64,000 bases of DNA from Synechococcus sp. (GTDB taxonomy: Bacteria > Cyanobacteriota > Cyanobacteriia > PCC-6307 > Cyanobiaceae): NCBI GenBank assembly GCA_047284725.1, contig JBJBEO010000001.1, positions 2,296,203 through 2,360,202 of the forward strand. Reading direction: 5' to 3'. Under the pieces are notes generated by a model, which worked only from the letters and a program-made list of their open reading frames with translations, made no database searches and was not told where the DNA came from. A program made the translations under genes and the position numbers. Below are positions 58,649 through 64,000 of this stretch, piece after piece. Every line of letters begins with the position of its first letter. The stretch's first letter is position 1.

Positions 58649-60160
58649 TTATCCATGTTGAGGGGGGCCGCTGTCATGACGGACCTCCGGACGCAGAAGC
58701 GGGAAGGCAATCACATCACGGATCGAGGGGCTGTCAGTCAGCAACATCACCAGGCGATCGATGCCGATCCCGAGTCCACCGGTGGGCGGCATCCCCACCT
58801 CCAGGGCTTGGATGAAATCCTCATCCACACCATGCGCTTCGAGGTCCCCAGCGGCCTTGCGCTGCTGCTGAGCTTCCAAACGTTGACGCTGATCCACCGG
58901 GTCAATGAGCTCACTGAAGGCATTGGCGTGCTCACGGCCGACGATGAACAGTTCAAAGCGCTCCACCAGTCCAGGCTTGCTGCGATGGGGCCGCGCCAGT
59001 GGCGAAATCTCCACCGGATAATCGATGACAAATGTGGGCTGGATCAAGGTTGATTCCACCGCCTGCTCAAACGCCTCGTTCAGAAGGCGACCGACGGAAT
59101 CTGCCAGTTCCGGAGCGTGCAGTCCCTTCGCCGCCATGGCTTCAGCAGCCTCGTCACGGCTGCTGAAGCTGTTGAAATCAAGACCCGTGGCATCCTGCAC
59201 CAGCTCGTGCATCGTGGCCCGTCGCCAGGGGGGCGTCAGATCGATCTCCGTGCCCTGATAGGTGATCTTGGTGCTGCCACATACCTCCTCACAGACAGCA
59301 CTCACCATCTGTTCGGTGAGATCCATCATCCCGAAATAATCGGTATGGGCCTGATAGACCTCCACCGTTGTGAATTCAGGGTTATGCCGTGTGCTGACCC
59401 CCTCATTGCGAAAGATGCGACCGAGTTCGTACACCCGCTCGAAACCACCAACCACCAATCGCTTCAGGTGCAGTTCGGTGGCGATCCGAAGGGTGAGGGG
59501 CAGATCGAGGGTGTTGTGATGGGTGTCGAAGGGTCGGGCATCGGCACCGCCAGGCTCACTCTGGAGAACAGGCGTCTCGATCTCGAGAAAATCGCGCTGA
59601 TCCAGCCAGCGGCGAATGCCACTCACCAGCAACGCTCTGCGCCGGAATGTTTCACGGGTGTCCGGGGACACGATCAGATCGAGATAACGCTGGCGGTAGC
59701 GCTTCTCCACATCCGCCAGGCCATGCCACTTGTCAGGCAGCGGCTGCAACGACTTGCTGAGCATGCGCCAGTCGCTCACCTTCACCGACAGTTCGCCGCG
59801 GTCAGTTCGGCGCAAGCTGCCGCTAACGCCGATCCAGTCACCAGCATCGACAAGCGACGTGATCTGCTTGAACCAGCCCTCCTGCTGGGCCTCGAGGCCG
59901 GCTTTCTCCAGAAACAGCTGAATCGTTCCGGTCTCATCAGCGAGGGTGAAGAACGCGAGCTTGCCCATGACCCTGCGGGTCATCACGCGGCCCGCCACAG
60001 ACACAGTCAGATCACGCTCTTCACCGTTGGGCAGGTCAGCATGGGTGACCTGCAAGGCCTCCATGCGATCGCTTGGTTCGAAGCCCAAGGCATAGGGGCC
60101 CTGTCCCAGCGCCTCAAGGGCCTTTGCCTTCTCTAGTCGGGTGTCGCGCAGCTCGGACAC
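58649..60160 (-). CDS. lysS: Lysine--tRNA ligase (class II); start GTG 60160 or ATG 60184
   Basis: [31 protein letters not shown] and [15 protein letters not shown]. Confidence 0.98.
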   Translation of the reverse strand: MSELRDTRLEKAKALEALGQGPYALGFEPSDRMEALQVTHADLPNGEERDLTVSVAGRVMTRRVMGKLAFFTLADETGTIQLFLEKAGLEAQQEGWFKQITSLVDAGDWIGVSGSLRRTDRGELSVKVSDWRMLSKSLQPLPDKWHGLADVEKRYRQRYLDLIVSPDTRETFRRRALLVSGIRRWLDQRDFLEIETPVLQSEPGGADARPFDTHHNTLDLPLTLRIATELHLKRLVVGGFERVYELGRIFRNEGVSTRHNPEFTTVEVYQAHTDYFGMMDLTEQMVSAVCEEVCGSTKITYQGTEIDLTPPWRRATMHELVQDATGLDFNSFSSRDEAAEAMAAKGLHAPELADSVGRLLNEAFEQAVESTLIQPTFVIDYPVEISPLARPHRSKPGLVERFELFIVGREHANAFSELIDPVDQRQRLEAQQQRKAAGDLEAHGVDEDFIQALEVGMPPTGGLGIGIDRLVMLLTDSPSIRDVIAFPLLRPEVRHDSGPPQHG

Positions 60161-60197
60161 AGCAATGCAATCAGTGGGCGCCATCCTGCCCGACGGC

Positions 60198-61010
60198 TTA
60201 CCCGTTGGCTGCCGCCTGGGGAAGATCACCCGTGCGCTGGGAGGCATAACCAATGCCCCGCACCGTCAGAATCAACTCGGGATTACGAGGATCGGGCTCG
60301 AGCTTGCCGCGCAAGCGAGCGACGTAAACATCCACGACACGCAAATCAGCAGCACGGCGCGGGGGGTAACCCCAGAGTTGCTCAAGAATCTCAGCTCTGG
60401 GCACCACCCTTCCGGGTTCGCGGAACAGGAGTTCCAGAAGGCTGAATTCGGTGTAGGTGAGGGAGATGCGCTCTGTTCCCCGGGTCACCTGACGACGATT
60501 GGTGTCGACCACCAGATCTCCCACCCGGAGCACGCCCTGGCCCACCGGAATCTCGCGGGGCTCGGCAGTTGCCGACCCCCGACCGACCCGACGCAGGATG
60601 GACGCGATCCGTGCTTCCAGTTCCTTGGGACTGAAGGGCTTGGGCAGATAGTCGTCAGCACCCAGATCGAGGCCAGCCACCCGCTCGGAGATTGCTTCCA
60701 ACGCCGATAAGAAGATGATCGGGACACAGGATTCAGCCCGCAGCCGGCGACAGACAGCAAAGCCATCCATCTTGGGAAGCATCACATCGAGCACCACAAG
60801 ATCCGGTGACTCGCGATGGAATTCCTCCAAGGCCTGCTCGCCGTCTTCAGCGCAGATCACCCGATATCCAGCCAACTGCAGCCGCATCACAAGCACACGT
60901 CGAACCGCAGGCTCGTCATCGACCACCAGGATTGTGGCCTTGGGCGAGTCGGGAGGCGCAACATCCCGGCCTTCGCTGCTATTCGGGCTGGGTGACCCGA
61001 TGTCGGGCAT
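60198..61010 (-). CDS. srrA: OmpR-family response regulator of the RpaB/SrrA group (probably SrrA-type)
   Basis: [23 protein letters not shown] and w[23 protein letters not shown], which differs from canonical RpaB as I recall it; symbol tentative. Confidence 0.75.
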   Translation of the reverse strand: MPDIGSPSPNSSEGRDVAPPDSPKATILVVDDEPAVRRVLVMRLQLAGYRVICAEDGEQALEEFHRESPDLVVLDVMLPKMDGFAVCRRLRAESCVPIIFLSALEAISERVAGLDLGADDYLPKPFSPKELEARIASILRRVGRGSATAEPREIPVGQGVLRVGDLVVDTNRRQVTRGTERISLTYTEFSLLELLFREPGRVVPRAEILEQLWGYPPRRAADLRVVDVYVARLRGKLEPDPRNPELILTVRGIGYASQRTGDLPQAAANG

Positions 61011-61102
61011 GCGACCGCGAAGTTGAAGAAACGCAACCTTACCGCTCAGCGAAGGAAAACCCCGTGGAAGGGCGCGGCCTGTGCTCCATGCTTTGGCTTC
61101 TC

Positions 61103-62434
61103 TTAAGGATTGGGCCAGCGGCCTTCCGCATAGCGATTCCATTGGAGCGCAGCCTCATTGACGGCCTGATCACTGCTGATCTGGCCGAGCATCGCCCGCT
61201 GCAACTGGGTGTAGATGATGCTCTGCAACCGCTTGATCCCAGGCGTGGAAGGCACCAGTACCCGGGAACGTTCCAGGGTGGAGAGCGACAACAGTCGCGC
61301 CTCATGAATCTGACGCGATGAGGCATCAACCGGACGCTCTTCCTCCAGCCGGGACCGAACCCGATCAAGGGCTTCCAGGGATGACGGCAACACCGACGCC
61401 TCCTGCACAAAGCGAGCTTGATTCTGACCATTGGTGAGAAAGAGCGCCAGGGCCAAGGCCTCCCGGGGCCGGGCGCTCTGGCGCGGCACTGCCAGTGTCA
61501 TCAAAGCCACATTGGCGGTGCCATCCGCACCGGTGAGGGGGCCATAGGCCCAGGTGGCTGCAGCCACCTGGGGCGCATTGGTCTGGATACTGCGCAGGAA
61601 CTCCGGCCCCTTGGCCAACAGCGCAAGATCACCACTCTGGAATAACTCCACAGCCCTGCTCTGCCCCTGACTCACCACTTCCCTGGGGAGCAGACCCTGA
61701 CGGTAAAGATCCACCCAGAAAGCAAAGGCTCGGCGTCCCTCCGGCGTGGTGAAACCGGCCCGTTGATGCTCATCAAGAAGGGTCACCCCCATCTGCACCA
61801 ACGACTCCAGCAACTCCGCCGAGTCGTCTGGCACCACAGTGACAAAGAGGGCATAACGCCCGGTTTTGGCACGGATCGCACGGGCAAAGGCAGGTACCTC
61901 CTCCCAGCGCTGCGGCGGCCCCTGCAGACCCGCCTGGCGCACGAGGTCCTGATTCACCAGGCTCAAGCGAACGGTGAGATACCAGGGCACAGCGATCTGA
62001 CCCGCCTGAGGGTCGTGGCCTGCCTGCCAAACCGATGGCAAATAGCGTGCTGCAGCCCCCTCTGGCAACAGCGGCGTCAGATCAGTGAGGCCTCCCTTGC
62101 TGGCGAGATTGGCGGCAAAGGGGGGGTTGAGATTCACCACATCGGGAGCCGTGCGAGCGAACACGGCCGCCAGCAACTTGCGCTCCACCGAACCCCATGG
62201 CAGATCGGTCCACCGGACCGATGCCTGTGGATGCTTCCCCTGCCAGGCATCGATCACCCCACCCATGTAACCGTTGAACTTCGGTGCCAACTGCAGGGTC
62301 CAGAGCTGCAGGGGCTGATCACTGCGAGGTTGAGGGCGACAGCCGGCCGCCATCAGGGTGCAACCAGCCAGCACAAGCGCCGTGAGCGAGCGGCGCGGAC
62401 GCCAGCGAGGTTTGAAACGGAAATCCCTGGTCAT
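61103..62434 (-). CDS. Sugar-type ABC substrate-binding lipoprotein
   Basis: Lipobox-like LMAAGC, APDVVNLN, AVPWY and PPQRWEE; ATG overlaps the mreD stop. Confidence 0.85.
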   Translation of the reverse strand: MTRDFRFKPRWRPRRSLTALVLAGCTLMAAGCRPQPRSDQPLQLWTLQLAPKFNGYMGGVIDAWQGKHPQASVRWTDLPWGSVERKLLAAVFARTAPDVVNLNPPFAANLASKGGLTDLTPLLPEGAAARYLPSVWQAGHDPQAGQIAVPWYLTVRLSLVNQDLVRQAGLQGPPQRWEEVPAFARAIRAKTGRYALFVTVVPDDSAELLESLVQMGVTLLDEHQRAGFTTPEGRRAFAFWVDLYRQGLLPREVVSQGQSRAVELFQSGDLALLAKGPEFLRSIQTNAPQVAAATWAYGPLTGADGTANVALMTLAVPRQSARPREALALALFLTNGQNQARFVQEASVLPSSLEALDRVRSRLEEERPVDASSRQIHEARLLSLSTLERSRVLVPSTPGIKRLQSIIYTQLQRAMLGQISSDQAVNEAALQWNRYAEGRWPNP

Positions 62435-62937
62435 GCGGGTGAGCGGCGGCGCCACACCAGCAGCTGCCAAGAAACGATCATCGGCGCCAGCAGACCTGTG
62501 ATCAAGGCCTGCGTCAGGCAGAGATGCCAAGCCCAGTGCTGCAGGACGGAATCATCGAGCCCCTGCACCAGCCGCACCTGCAACCACAGGCTGACGCCCA
62601 CCACCATCGCCCCGATCCAAGCCAGCAGACCAAGATTGAGGCTGCGCTGAATCGGCAGCCCCCTGCGTCCCAACCGACCAAACCACCAGCCCAGCACCGT
62701 CAGGGCCGGCAACAACGTCAGCCCATCACCCCCCAGCCCATCCTGCACCAAAGCAAGGGCTGCACCCGCGATTGATCCCGACACCGGTCCATCCACCAAC
62801 GCCCAGGGGAGCAGCCACAAAACCGCCCAGTTCGGGGCCACACCCGACAGGGTCAACCAGGGGGGCTGAGCCAGGCTCAGCAGCGGCACCAACAACGCGG
62901 AAGCGACACAGATCGGCTGGGTATGCAAGCGAGCCAT
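62431..62937 (-). CDS. mreD: Rod shape-determining protein MreD
   Basis: Hydrophobic; PNWAVLW motif; follows mreC. Confidence 0.8.
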   Translation of the reverse strand: MARLHTQPICVASALLVPLLSLAQPPWLTLSGVAPNWAVLWLLPWALVDGPVSGSIAGAALALVQDGLGGDGLTLLPALTVLGWWFGRLGRRGLPIQRSLNLGLLAWIGAMVVGVSLWLQVRLVQGLDDSVLQHWAWHLCLTQALITGLLAPMIVSWQLLVWRRRSPA

Positions 62938-63680
62938 CAGCGGGTCTGCACTTGAACCCAGTCGACCGCTTCAGGAGCAGCGATCAATTGCACAAAGCCT
63001 TCCGGCGCAGGCACGGCACGGCTGTCGAGGGTCTGGATCACCGCCACCGGCAGATTGGGGGGCAACAGGGTGCTGGCAGGGGACGTGCTGACCAGATCCC
63101 CAGGCCGAGCATCGATGTCTTTATCGATAAAACGCAGCTGCGGTCGAGCGGTACCCACCCCCACCAACAGGGCGTGCTGGCGGGTGCGAGGGACCCAGAC
63201 GCCGATCTGACTACCGGGAGCTGTCAGCAACTTCACCCGCGCTGTGGAGGGCGTGACGCTTTGAATCCTGCCGATCAGACCGCCGGGGCCGATCACGGCA
63301 TCTCCTGGAGCCAAGCCGGCAACAGAACCCTGGCCCAACTCAAGTTGCTGCCACCAAGCCGCGGAGTTGCGTGAAATCACCGCTGCTGGCACCTGGCCAT
63401 CGCTCGAACCCTGTTTGAGCTCGAGCAACTGCCTCAGCCGCTTGTTGTCTTGCTGAAGCAGCTCCAACTGAGCTTTGTTCTCCAGCGTTGCAGCCGACTG
63501 CAACCATTCGTTCTGGGCTGATCCAGGCCAGAAGGGGCGGCTGAGCAAGGCGTAGGCATCCAAAAAACCCGCACCTTTGCTCCAGCGCACAAGAGCCAGC
63601 AATGCCAGCAGACCAAGCCACGGCCAGACGCTGCGCCCCCCCCGCCAACGGGGCCCTGCCGGCCACTGGGAGGAGCCCAT
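62937..63680 (-). CDS. mreC: Rod shape-determining protein MreC
   Basis: TM helix, coiled coil DNKRLRQLL, AAVISR, GLIGRI and GDLVSTS. Confidence 0.92.
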   Translation of the reverse strand: MGSSQWPAGPRWRGGRSVWPWLGLLALLALVRWSKGAGFLDAYALLSRPFWPGSAQNEWLQSAATLENKAQLELLQQDNKRLRQLLELKQGSSDGQVPAAVISRNSAAWWQQLELGQGSVAGLAPGDAVIGPGGLIGRIQSVTPSTARVKLLTAPGSQIGVWVPRTRQHALLVGVGTARPQLRFIDKDIDARPGDLVSTSPASTLLPPNLPVAVIQTLDSRAVPAPEGFVQLIAAPEAVDWVQVQTR

Positions 63681-63684
63681 CGGA

Positions 63685-64000
63685 TCAGGCCGTCACGGTA
63701 TTGCGGACGTATTCAGGGGTATCGAGCACACGCTGCAGACGTTTGTAATCCTCGAGGACCTGACCGCAGCCGTTGACAACACAGAGCAGTGGATCCTCGG
63801 CGATGTGAGTGAAGATGCCGGTCTCGTGGCTGATCAGATCACTGATGCCACGCACAAGGGCACCACCGCCGGCCAGCATGATGCCGCGATCAACGATGTC
63901 GGCGGCGAGTTCAGGCGGCGTGCGCTCGAGGGTGCGCTTGACGGCCTCAACGATGACGTTGAGGGGTTCGGCGATGGCCTCACGCAGATCACCAGCCTGG
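63685..64000 (-). CDS. mreB: MreB, C-terminal part (cut by the window edge)
   Basis: TPPELAADIVDRGIMLAGGGAL and AEDPLLCVVNGCG. Confidence 0.96.
   Translation of the reverse strand, partial: QAGDLREAIAEPLNVIVEAVKRTLERTPPELAADIVDRGIMLAGGGALVRGISDLISHETGIFTHIAEDPLLCVVNGCGQVLEDYKRLQRVLDTPEYVRNTVTA

Overview
This window looks like marine Synechococcus-type picocyanobacterial chromosome, with GC-rich codon use and psaC, ndhS, ho1 and rnpB present. Positions 1-19.4 kb form a cell-surface glycan locus: kdsD/C/B/A, two sulfotransferases, a plant-CDI-like glycosyltransferase coupled to kdsB, two tandem paralogous polytopic membrane proteins with GT-C-like motifs, a GT4/ABC-flippase/double-GT4/GT4/sulfotransferase operon, and a GtrA-YdjC fusion facing a GtrB-like GT2. 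The rest is mostly core genes: icd, glcF/glcE, an xfp-glgP-ackA cluster, tRNA-Arg(CCT) and rnpB, rnc, rimM, manC, glmS, psaC, acpP-fabF-tkt, a TPP riboswitch with thiC, ruvB, smpB, egtBD, lysS, an OmpR-family regulator and mreBCD. I saw no mobile element, CRISPR array or prophage. The best candidate for an undescribed system is a lipid-carrier amino-sugar transfer pathway (GT2, flippase-deacetylase fusion and two GT-C candidates) inside a Kdo/sulfation locus. All protein calls come from recognising motifs by eye, not from database searches.
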